From a bacterium (GTDB lineage: Bacteria > Zhuqueibacterota > Zhuqueibacteria > Residuimicrobiales > Krinioviventaceae), in the NCBI GenBank assembly GCA_963675755.2, contig CAXXMD010000002.1, positions 1,152,001-1,216,000 on the forward strand: a DNA stretch of 64,000 nucleotides, given 5' to 3'. Of this stretch, positions 9,960 to 18,233 are shown one piece after another. The first letter of the stretch is position 1. The number at the start of each line of letters is the position of its first letter. A model generated the notes under the pieces. That model was given only the letters and a program-made list of their open reading frames with translations. It ran no database searches and had not been told where the DNA came from. The position numbers were made by a program, and so were the translations under genes.

Positions 9960-9985
9960 TAAAAAACCTCTCCATTAGTGTGTTT

Positions 9986-11455
9986 TTATTTAATATTTTC
10001 TTCTATTACCGGCAAAACAACAGTAAAAGTAGAACCGTTGCCCAGATCGCTGTCCATTTCAATATACCCGTTATGGTCTTCAATAATACGTTTGGCAATT
10101 GAAAGGCCCAGGCCTGTACCGGAAATACGCTGAGACACTGCATTCTTGGCACGGTAAAATTCGTCAAAGATCTTGTGTTTATCTTCTTCAGACATGCCAA
10201 TACCGGTGTCTTTAACAATAACATTGATTTTATTTTTTTCTACTGTTACTTGTACATGAACACTCTTGTGTTCGGGTGTATATTTAATTGCATTACTAAC
10301 CAGATTATCAAAAACTCTGCCCATATCTTCTTCGTTACCACGAATTGGGGGTAATTGATCAGGAACATCGCAAGCAAAGTTAATATCTTTGGCTTTGGCT
10401 TCGTTTTTATAAAATTCGCAGGTCCCACGAAGCACAGAAGAAATATCAAGCGCAGACATGACCTTTGCAGTCACCTTTTTCTCGGCACGAGTCAAATCTA
10501 AAAGATCGTTTACCATGGCCAACAGTTCATTTGCCCGATCTCGAGACTTTGTAATATAATCTTTTTCTTTTTCAGGATTCCCTGTGATAACACCTTCCAA
10601 AATCAGATTCAAATAACCTTCAATCGCTCCCAAAGGTGCTTTGAGTTCATGAGCAACAAGACTGAGAAAATCCGTCTTCATCTGGTCAATCTTTTTTTCT
10701 TCAGAGACATCAATCAAAACCGTCACGGTTCCAATCAATGCGCCATTTTCATCAATTACAGGAGTAATATTAGGCTGAAGAACCCTGCCATTACCCAGGT
10801 TTACTTCAAATTTTTCAAGAATCTCACAAGAAGTAACTTTGCTCAATGCATCTGCAATCTTTTTTTCAAGATCAGGATTGCTCAACAATCCCAATACATT
10901 TTTGCCAAATACATCTCCATCCTTTAAACGCAGCATTTTGAGAGCTGCAGGATTTATGAGCAAGATTTGCCCTTCTTTATTGGTAGCAATAACACCTTCA
11001 CTCATGCAGTTGATTATGGTGTTGGTGCGTGTTTTCTCGATAATGTGTTCTGCACGCAACTTTTCTGCTTCTAACAAAAGTCTGCGTTTTTCGAGCGCGC
11101 GTTCAATTTTGGCTCTGAATTCATCGGGAGTAAAAGGTTTGGCCAAATAATCGTAAGCGCCTTTTTTTACAGCATCTACCGCGTTTTCAATGGTAGCATA
11201 ACCGGTGATAACAATGGGTACAATCTTTTCATCGATCTTGCGAATTTCTTCAAGAAACTGCATACCATCCATGCGGGGCATCATCAGGTCAGTGACAACA
11301 AGATCATAGTTGTTGTTGCGGATTTTTTCAAGTCCTTCCATTCCATCTTCGGCAAGGTCAACCTCGTATTTGGAAAGTTCAAGAATCCGTTCACAGCCAA
11401 TACGGCTTACTTCGTCATCATCAACAACCAGAACTTTGATATTTTCAAGAGTCAT
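9986..11455 (-). CDS. Hybrid sensor kinase REC-PAS-HisKA-HATPase (cytoplasmic)
   Basis: LVVDDD, VTDLMMP, AKPF; PAS; AHELKAPL; NAIKY, DTGIGM, GTGLGL. Confidence 0.92.
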   Translation of the reverse strand: MTLENIKVLVVDDDEVSRIGCERILELSKYEVDLAEDGMEGLEKIRNNNYDLVVTDLMMPRMDGMQFLEEIRKIDEKIVPIVITGYATIENAVDAVKKGAYDYLAKPFTPDEFRAKIERALEKRRLLLEAEKLRAEHIIEKTRTNTIINCMSEGVIATNKEGQILLINPAALKMLRLKDGDVFGKNVLGLLSNPDLEKKIADALSKVTSCEILEKFEVNLGNGRVLQPNITPVIDENGALIGTVTVLIDVSEEKKIDQMKTDFLSLVAHELKAPLGAIEGYLNLILEGVITGNPEKEKDYITKSRDRANELLAMVNDLLDLTRAEKKVTAKVMSALDISSVLRGTCEFYKNEAKAKDINFACDVPDQLPPIRGNEEDMGRVFDNLVSNAIKYTPEHKSVHVQVTVEKNKINVIVKDTGIGMSEEDKHKIFDEFYRAKNAVSQRISGTGLGLSIAKRIIEDHNGYIEMDSDLGNGSTFTVVLPVIEENIK

Positions 11456-11850
11456 GCTTGATCCTGATTTAATAATTTCTCAACGCGTTCAATCAATTCT
11501 GAAGGCTTGAGCGGTTTAGCTGCAAAATCATCAACTTTCATCCATTCTTTGTCATTTGAAAGTTGAAAAGTAAAGCCTGTTTTTTCCTGGGCTGAGGAAA
11601 GCATTAAAATGGGCATATGCTTCATATTCTCATCTTCTCTTACAGCATATGCAACTGTAAACCCGGCGTCACGTTCTTCCATCATCAAGTCCAGGACCAG
11701 CAGGTCATACTGGTTTTCACGGAGTTTCTTCAATGCATCAGATGACGTATATGCTTCTTCAACCGTATACCCTTTCGATTCCAGAATCGTTTTGTTGATC
11801 TCGATAAAATCCGGATCATCATCTGCCAGTAAAATTTTAATATCTTTCAT
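11452..11850 (-). CDS. Single-domain response regulator receiver
   Basis: LLADDD, VLDLMME, DDFAAKP; start at ATG 11850 after AGGAGA. Confidence 0.9.
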   Translation of the reverse strand: MKDIKILLADDDPDFIEINKTILESKGYTVEEAYTSSDALKKLRENQYDLLVLDLMMEERDAGFTVAYAVREDENMKHMPILMLSSAQEKTGFTFQLSNDKEWMKVDDFAAKPLKPSELIERVEKLLNQDQA

Positions 11851-11884
11851 ATTCTCTCCTGTTTTCAAGAAAACAGACTATTAT

Positions 11885-12256
11885 TTAAATACGGTTAACA
11901 TCCAGCGCTGACTGAATGGCCGTTGTTAAATCATTTATACCAAAAGAGTTCAAATGGTAATAGAAAACCTGTTCTTTACGGATTGCTGTTTCCAGATCTC
12001 TGGAATTGGAACGAGATTGAACAATAATTCGTGATGCCGGGGAACTTCCTTTTAAAATGCGGAGTGTTTGGTTAATTTGAATGTCTTCCAATCCCGCATC
12101 AATTATTATCACATCAAAATGGTGTTCCTGGGCCTGTTGTATACCTGCAAACGGATCATTAACGATCTTGTAATTTACTTTTTTTGATTCCAGAAAAAGT
12201 TCAAGATCATGATTGGTTTCGCTTACAGAAGTTGAAATTAACAGACAATTCATCAC
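11885..12256 (-). CDS. Degenerate (pseudo) receiver domain protein
   Basis: REC-like pattern (FDVIIID) but lacks the acidic DD pair (ISTS) and the conserved Lys-Pro. Confidence 0.65.
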   Translation of the reverse strand: MMNCLLISTSVSETNHDLELFLESKKVNYKIVNDPFAGIQQAQEHHFDVIIIDAGLEDIQINQTLRILKGSSPASRIIVQSRSNSRDLETAIRKEQVFYYHLNSFGINDLTTAIQSALDVNRI

Positions 12257-12290
12257 AATACCAAAATTTAGAATTATTCGTCAGTTATAT

Positions 12291-12306
12291 ATCAATATGT
12301 GTGCCA
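12291..12306 (-). promoter_or_regulatory. Candidate sigma54 (-24/-12) promoter of the hydrogenase cluster
   Basis: Minus strand TGGCAC-ACATA-TTGAT, 35 nt upstream of the first gene and next to an NtrC-family gene; -12 is GA rather than GC. Confidence 0.65.
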
Positions 12307-12423
12307 CAGATTCAAGCTAAAAAACACACGACAGAATCAACCGTAAACCATTCAAAAACAAATAATTAGAAAAACAGGCATTGAGAGGTATTGATGGTGT
12401 TATATCATTTATGAGAGAGTCAA

Positions 12424-12442
12424 GTGTGGAGTTTCTCCACAC
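12424..12442. promoter_or_regulatory. Palindrome, candidate enhancer (UAS) for the NtrC-type activator
   Basis: Perfect inverted repeat GTGTGGAG-TTT-CTCCACAC about 120 bp upstream of the sigma54-like site, with no U-tract. Confidence 0.5.
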
Positions 12443-13761
12443 TACAAATCGTACTTGCGGATCTTGTCGTAAAGGGTTTTTCGATCAATTTGGAGGGCTT
12501 TGGCGCTCTTGCTAATATTACCCTGAAATTTTTCAAGGATGTTATGAATGTGTCGTTTTTCCATGTCAGCAAGAGACAATGTATCTGTTTCTGACAGGGT
12601 TGTAGAGTGAATATGAGCAGGCAAACTGGATTCATGAATGACCAGTGATTCTTCAATCACAATTGCACGCTCTATAACATTTTCCAGTTCTCGTATATTG
12701 CCTGGCCAATGGTACCCCATCAACGCATTAAATGCATTATCAGAAACGGATTGAATATCATTCCCCCGTCGTTTATGATTATGCTTTTGAATAAAATGCT
12801 CTATCAATAATGGAATATCATCTTTACGTTCACGCAAAGGTGGTAAATGAATTGGTATAACACTAATTCTGTAATAAAGGTCTTCACGAAACGTACCCTG
12901 ATCAACAGAATCTTTAAGATCACGATTAGTAGCAGCAATGATACGCACATCCACTTTTATGGATTGGGTATCTCCCACCCTGCGGATCTCTTTTTCCTGT
13001 ATTGCTCGTAATATTTTAGCCTGAACATTTAAAGAAATATTGCCAATTTCATCAAAAAAGAAAGTTCCCTTGTTTGCAAGCTCAAAAGCGCCATGTTTTG
13101 TGGTATGCGCACCTGTAAAGGATCCTTTGGCATGACCAAACAACTCACTCTCAAAAAGTGATTCCACAAGTGACCCGCAGTCCATTGCAAAAAAGGGCTT
13201 GTTTGTGCGTAAACTGGCAGCATGTATTGCACGGGCTATCATCTCTTTGCCAGTACCGCTTTCACCCAAAACCAAAACAGTGCTTTCAGTGGGTGCAATT
13301 TTATCGATCATTTCAAATATGTGGCGCATTTGCTTTGACTGACCAATAATTCGCATGGGTTTTCCATCAAAATCAAATTCATAAAATCCATTCTGGTCAG
13401 ATTTACGATTTTCCATGATTTGATGAACCAGTTCCATGGCCTGATCAGGCTGAAAAGGTTTGGACAAATAATCAAATGCACCAATACGGCCCGCTTCTAC
13501 AGCAGTCTCCAGAGAAGCATGCCCGGTAATAATAATGACTTCAAGTACAGGATTATCTTTTTTCAATTCCTTTAGCAGCTCAATTCCGTTCATGCCTGGA
13601 AGTTGATAATCCACAAACGCAACATCATAATTCTTTTTATGAATCTGCTCCAAGGCGTTTATAGCATTTTCACAAACATCAACATTCAGGCCTTTGTCTT
13701 TAAAATAAAGAGCAAAAGCATCACGAAACGAGAGATTGTCATCAATTAGCAAAATATTCAA
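12442..13761 (-). CDS. Sigma54-dependent response regulator (NtrC family, REC-AAA+-HTH)
   Basis: REC (LLIDD, FVDYQLP), GESGTGKE, ESELFGH, GSFTGA, FFDEIG, WPGNIREL, C-terminal Fis-type HTH. Confidence 0.95.
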   Translation of the reverse strand: MNILLIDDNLSFRDAFALYFKDKGLNVDVCENAINALEQIHKKNYDVAFVDYQLPGMNGIELLKELKKDNPVLEVIIITGHASLETAVEAGRIGAFDYLSKPFQPDQAMELVHQIMENRKSDQNGFYEFDFDGKPMRIIGQSKQMRHIFEMIDKIAPTESTVLVLGESGTGKEMIARAIHAASLRTNKPFFAMDCGSLVESLFESELFGHAKGSFTGAHTTKHGAFELANKGTFFFDEIGNISLNVQAKILRAIQEKEIRRVGDTQSIKVDVRIIAATNRDLKDSVDQGTFREDLYYRISVIPIHLPPLRERKDDIPLLIEHFIQKHNHKRRGNDIQSVSDNAFNALMGYHWPGNIRELENVIERAIVIEESLVIHESSLPAHIHSTTLSETDTLSLADMEKRHIHNILEKFQGNISKSAKALQIDRKTLYDKIRKYDL

Positions 13762-13878
13762 AATTCAATTCTTTCTTTTAAGAATGGAATATAAACAGAA
13801 AAAATGAATAATGAAATAATTGATTTTTGTAAGAAACTGTAAAAACTTTTAAAATACCGATTATGAAATGATTTTAAC

Positions 13879-13907
13879 TTGACATTAGGGTTTGTTTTAA
13901 TTATAAT
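13879..13907 (+). promoter_or_regulatory. Consensus sigma70 promoter
   Basis: TTGACA-17 nt-TATAAT exactly, upstream of the 13962 gene. Confidence 0.8.
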
Positions 13908-13961
13908 TACTATTAGTTTTTTTAAACATTCGGCCATCGAGGAAAAGGAGTTAAAAGCATT

Positions 13962-14330
13962 ATGGCAAGCATTTTAGTCATAGATGATGAAGAAGAGGTT
14001 CGTGATATAATCAAACAAATCCTTGAACATGCGGGATATACAGTTTATACTGCGGGTGACGGAAATCAGGGTATTAAAACCTATCGTGAAAACCCGACAG
14101 ATATAGTCATAACTGATATCATCATGCCAGACAAAGAAGGTATTGAAACCATAATTGAATTAAAAACCGAATTCCCCGAAGTAAAAATTATTGCAATTTC
14201 GGGTGGCGGACGTGTAGGGCCGATGGATTATCTTAAAATGTCTCAAAAATTGGGTGCGGTTAAAAGTTTCACCAAACCCTTTCAACGCCAGGAATTACTG
14301 GACGCAGTGAGTGAATTATTAGATAACTAG
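13962..14330 (+). CDS. Single-domain response regulator receiver
   Basis: LVIDD, ITDIIMP, AISGGG, TKPF. Confidence 0.92.
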   Translation: MASILVIDDEEEVRDIIKQILEHAGYTVYTAGDGNQGIKTYRENPTDIVITDIIMPDKEGIETIIELKTEFPEVKIIAISGGGRVGPMDYLKMSQKLGAVKSFTKPFQRQELLDAVSELLDN

Positions 14331-14375
14331 GCTTAATTTATCCACGTTTTTATTCATAACAAAAAGGAGTTAACT

Positions 14376-15773
14376 ATGTTGAAAAACACAATTTTAATTG
14401 GATTGTGTATTTCCGTATGTGTATTCATGTTTTCTTGTACAACTCAAGAGGATACAGCTATGAAATTTACAGGCGCCAAGGGTGAAGTTACAATTATGAC
14501 TTTGGATCCGGGTCACTTTCATGCCGCATTGGTTCAGAAAACCATGATCGACCAGATCTCACCGGACGTTTATATATATGCACCAGATGGTCCGGATGTT
14601 GAAGACCATATCAAACGTATGGAAGGTTTTAACAATCGTGCAGAGAATCCCACAAGCTGGAAATTGCATGTATATAAAGGTGATGATTTTCTGGAAAAAA
14701 TGATTGCCGAAAAACCCGGTAATGTAATGATGACCGCCGGTAACAACAAGAAAAAAACCGAGTATATCAAAGCAACTGTTGACGCAGGTATCAATGTACT
14801 GGCAGATAAACCCATGTGTATTGATAAAAAAGGTTTCGAGTTGTTAAAAGAAGCTTTTGCTTCTGCTGAAGCAAATAATGTTCTGCTTTATGATGTAATG
14901 ACTGAACGTCATGAAATTACAACCATATTGCAGCGCGAACTTTCTCTGATCCCTGAAGTATTTGGTGAATTGGAAAAAGGTACCCCTGACAATCCTTCTG
15001 TAACAAAAGAAAGTGTTCACCACTTTTTCAAATATGTTTCCGGCAATCCCATCAAACGTCCGGTTTGGTATTTTGATACAACCCAACAAGGCGAAGGTAT
15101 TGTGGATGTAAACACTCACCTGGTAGATTTGATTCAATGGGAATGTTTCCCGGAACAAATCATCAACTATGAAACTGATATTGAAATGCTGCAGGCAAAC
15201 CGCTGGCCAACCATGATCAGCAAAGCCCAGTTTGAAAAAGTTACCCGTGAACCTGAATTTCCTGATTTTCTGAAAAAGAATATCAATAAAAAAGGCGAAC
15301 TGGAAGTTTATGGTAACGGTGACATGATTTACAAAATCAATGGCATTCACGCCAAAGTATCTGTTATCTGGAACTATCAGGCACCTGAAGGCGCTGGCGA
15401 CACTCACTACTCTATTATGCGCGGAACTAAAGCCAATGTTATTATTAAACAAGGTGTGGATGAAAAATACAAACCAGAATTGTATGTTGAACACCCACAA
15501 GGCAAAAGCACCAAAGAACTTGATGATGCTATGATGACTGCCATTCATAATCTTCAGGATAAATATCCTGGTATTGATCTTGAAAAACAGAAAAAACGCT
15601 GGCACGTTATCATTCCGGACAAGTACCGTGTAGGTCACGAAGCACATTTTGGTCAGGTTACCCAGAAATATCTACAGTACCTGGTTGACGGTAAACTCCC
15701 CGATTGGGAAGTTCCAAACATGATCTCCAAGTACTATACCACTACTACTGCTTTGGAGATGGCGTCTAAATAA
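14376..15773 (+). CDS. Putative oxidoreductase lipoprotein (Gfo/Idh/MocA-like, putative oxidoreductase C-terminal domain family)
   Basis: Lipobox FSC; LDPGHFHAALVQK, NVLADKP, HHFFKYVSG, GHEAHF motifs. Confidence 0.75.
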   Translation: MLKNTILIGLCISVCVFMFSCTTQEDTAMKFTGAKGEVTIMTLDPGHFHAALVQKTMIDQISPDVYIYAPDGPDVEDHIKRMEGFNNRAENPTSWKLHVYKGDDFLEKMIAEKPGNVMMTAGNNKKKTEYIKATVDAGINVLADKPMCIDKKGFELLKEAFASAEANNVLLYDVMTERHEITTILQRELSLIPEVFGELEKGTPDNPSVTKESVHHFFKYVSGNPIKRPVWYFDTTQQGEGIVDVNTHLVDLIQWECFPEQIINYETDIEMLQANRWPTMISKAQFEKVTREPEFPDFLKKNINKKGELEVYGNGDMIYKINGIHAKVSVIWNYQAPEGAGDTHYSIMRGTKANVIIKQGVDEKYKPELYVEHPQGKSTKELDDAMMTAIHNLQDKYPGIDLEKQKKRWHVIIPDKYRVGHEAHFGQVTQKYLQYLVDGKLPDWEVPNMISKYYTTTTALEMASK

Positions 15774-15801
15774 GAACAAACAAGCATTTGTTTTTATATA
15801 C

Positions 15802-15834
15802 AGCCCCTCACATTTATTTGTGCGGGGCTTTTTT
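15802..15834 (+). terminator. Rho-independent terminator
   Basis: AGCCCCTCACA...TGTGCGGGGCT followed by a T-run. Confidence 0.75.
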
Positions 15835-15843
15835 AATACCCTA

Positions 15844-16035
15844 ATTAACCTTGATTACCCCTGATTAAAAAGATTAACATGATTTTCTTAATATAGCCAT
15901 GTCCTGAGTGCCTGCAACCTGTGGATGTATCTACGATCCATTATTGCCTAAATTTTTATCCCAAGTATGCATAGGATAACAGGATTTGAATGGCGAGGTT
16001 AAATTAATTCTGATAATTATTTAATCCTTTAATCG
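15844..16035. repeat. Degenerate intergenic repeat composite (TGATT-periodic tract, CCTGAGTG REP-like remnant, GGATT/AATCC arms)
   Basis: ATTAACCTTGATTACCCCTGATTAAAAAGATTAACATGATT, then GTCCTGAGTG...GGATGTATC, resembling 17797-17912. Confidence 0.55.
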
Positions 16036-16155
16036 ATGTACTTTACAGAAAAAAATAATTAGGAATACTCGTATTTAAATATATTTTAGTATACACAAAT
16101 AAACTAAATTGCTGTATCAATTTCAAATATCCTATTTCGGTAAAGGAGGCAGTAA

Positions 16156-17805
16156 ATGAAGCGGTTGTTTTTATTGTTGTTTATCATGCTGGGAATTAAC
16201 ATGGTAGTAGCCTCTGACAGCATAGAGTTGGCAAAACAAAACGGCAAACAAGCTCAGGAAGCATTAATCCGTAGCAATCGGGTACTTGAAGCATATATGA
16301 AACGTCTCGATCCGGTTACCGGGCTGCTGCCTCGCAAAGGTACAAACAATACCTGGTATATAAAAGATTCAGCAGCCGATCTATACCCTTTTCTGGTCAT
16401 GGCCGCCTATTATACTGACCGTGATATTTTTAACCAACAAATGTTTGAAATCCTTCGTAATGAGATCAAGCATTCCACACGCGTGGGTATGCTTTCCGAT
16501 AATGTGCTGGCTGGCGGTGGTTTTGAACATGCCGAAATTGACATGGACCGTATTATTTTTGGTTCATGCGAATATGTCAAAGACGGGCTCATCCCCCTTA
16601 CTGAACTGCTAGGACATCATGCCTGGTTCATACGAATGACAGGCATTGTAGATGATATGATTGCCAATGCAGCATATGATACACCTTATGGCAAACTGCC
16701 ATCCATGAGTGATGAAGTAAATGGAGAATTTTTGCAAGCCCTCTCCCGCCTTGCATATCTTACCCATGATCCACGCTATATCAATCAGGCCATTGCAATT
16801 GGGGATTTTTATTTTAATGTGGTCATCCCCGGGTCTCACGGATTACCTACTCATATGTGGGATTTGAAAAATAATAAACCGGAAACAAACTTTTTTAATT
16901 TTGCCGATCATGGAAACGAGATCGTTGGCGGCTTGTCAGAACTTGTATTATTTTTAAAAGAAACCGGGCACCCTAAATTCAATGAATATAAACAACCCAT
17001 GATCAATCTGATTGACCAACTGCTTGAAAGCGGCTTGAATACTGATGGCGTGTGGTATTCCAAAATCAATCCCGAAACCAATGAGATCATTGACAAACGC
17101 CACGCACACTGTTGGGGGTATCTGTTTAATGCGGTTTATACAACATATCTGATTTCAGGAGAGAAACGTTTTCTGGATGCTACCGAACATGCATTGCAGG
17201 CTGTAACGGACAAACCTACCTACCTTGACGATCCTGATGGAAGCGGACGTAATTACGGCTCTAACGCCTATTCCGATGCAATTGAAAGCGCTATCGTTTT
17301 TCTGAATCGTATGCCGGACGAACATAAATTCACAGTATTGGATGAATGTGTGGACCGGTTTCTGAAACGCCAGCGAAAAGATGGTATTATTGAAGACTGG
17401 TATGGAGATGGAAACTATGTCCGTACCTCACTCATGTATGTATTTATGAAATCACAGGGCACATGGATTGAACCATGGGATAAAAACGTTAGCCTGGGAG
17501 CAGTAGAGCAAAATAAAAATTTACTGATAACTCTGGAAAGTAAAGGTCCCTGGCAGGGCATTCTCCGTTTTGACAAGCCGAGACACAAACTGCATTTCAA
17601 TCTGTCAGTCAATTATACACGCCTGAATGAATTTCCCGAATGGTTTACTGTGGAACAGGACAAGCTTTATTCACTTGACATCAACGGTAAAAAAGAGTTA
17701 TATACCGGAGGAGAGCTCGTACGCGGTATTCCTGTAGAGTTAAGAACGGATGAAAGCCTGGTGATTCAGGTCTCTGCCTTGCCTGGCCCGCCGTATGGAC
17801 CTTGA
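16156..17805 (+). CDS. Secreted hypothetical protein, probable (alpha/alpha)-barrel glycosidase-like fold
   Basis: Signal peptide, strong RBS AAAGGAGG, helical Trp/Tyr-rich body with DSAADLYPF and DHGNEI motifs; function not recognised. Confidence 0.6.
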   Translation: MKRLFLLLFIMLGINMVVASDSIELAKQNGKQAQEALIRSNRVLEAYMKRLDPVTGLLPRKGTNNTWYIKDSAADLYPFLVMAAYYTDRDIFNQQMFEILRNEIKHSTRVGMLSDNVLAGGGFEHAEIDMDRIIFGSCEYVKDGLIPLTELLGHHAWFIRMTGIVDDMIANAAYDTPYGKLPSMSDEVNGEFLQALSRLAYLTHDPRYINQAIAIGDFYFNVVIPGSHGLPTHMWDLKNNKPETNFFNFADHGNEIVGGLSELVLFLKETGHPKFNEYKQPMINLIDQLLESGLNTDGVWYSKINPETNEIIDKRHAHCWGYLFNAVYTTYLISGEKRFLDATEHALQAVTDKPTYLDDPDGSGRNYGSNAYSDAIESAIVFLNRMPDEHKFTVLDECVDRFLKRQRKDGIIEDWYGDGNYVRTSLMYVFMKSQGTWIEPWDKNVSLGAVEQNKNLLITLESKGPWQGILRFDKPRHKLHFNLSVNYTRLNEFPEWFTVEQDKLYSLDINGKKELYTGGELVRGIPVELRTDESLVIQVSALPGPPYGP

Positions 17806-18233
17806 TTGACCTTGATTAAAGACCTTGATTTAAGGATTATCCTGATTGACCTTGATTGGAACGATTCCGGGCCCTGAGTGTCCGCCGCAGGCGGATATAT
17901 CGAAGGGCCGGTAATCGTCTTTTTACGTTACCAAACAGGAGTTTGGTAACGAGTATGTTTCGATTTGCAGTTTTATCAGAATGAAAGAATGTTATTATTG
18001 ATCGTCCGGCACTTGAGTGCTGGGCGGGATATTAAATCGGGACATTTGTCCCATCATACATGATGCAGGACTCAAGTCCTGCTTTTATATTCCACCGGGC
18101 ACAAATGTACCCGGCGATCAAAGGGCTGGTAATTGTCTGCATTAAGATTCTTAGGATTAAAGGATTTTAAAATTAAAAATAATATATATAATCCTATTAA
18201 TCCTTAAATCCGATTCATCCTAATTCAGACAAT
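17797..18233. repeat. Mosaic of REP-like hairpins and periodic repeats
   Basis: ACCTTGATT repeats; CCGGGCCCTGAG...TCGAAGGGCCGG with inner TCCGCCGCAGGCGGA; CGTTACCAAAC...GTTTGGTAACG; TGATCG...CGATCA multi-hairpin; ATTGTCTG...CAGACAAT hairpin. Confidence 0.8.

Noticed and set aside
14844-15647. 267-aa antisense ORF and the many other short overlapping ORFs in the track
   Set aside because: They lie opposite or within well-supported genes, lack RBS and motifs, and are expected shadow ORFs.
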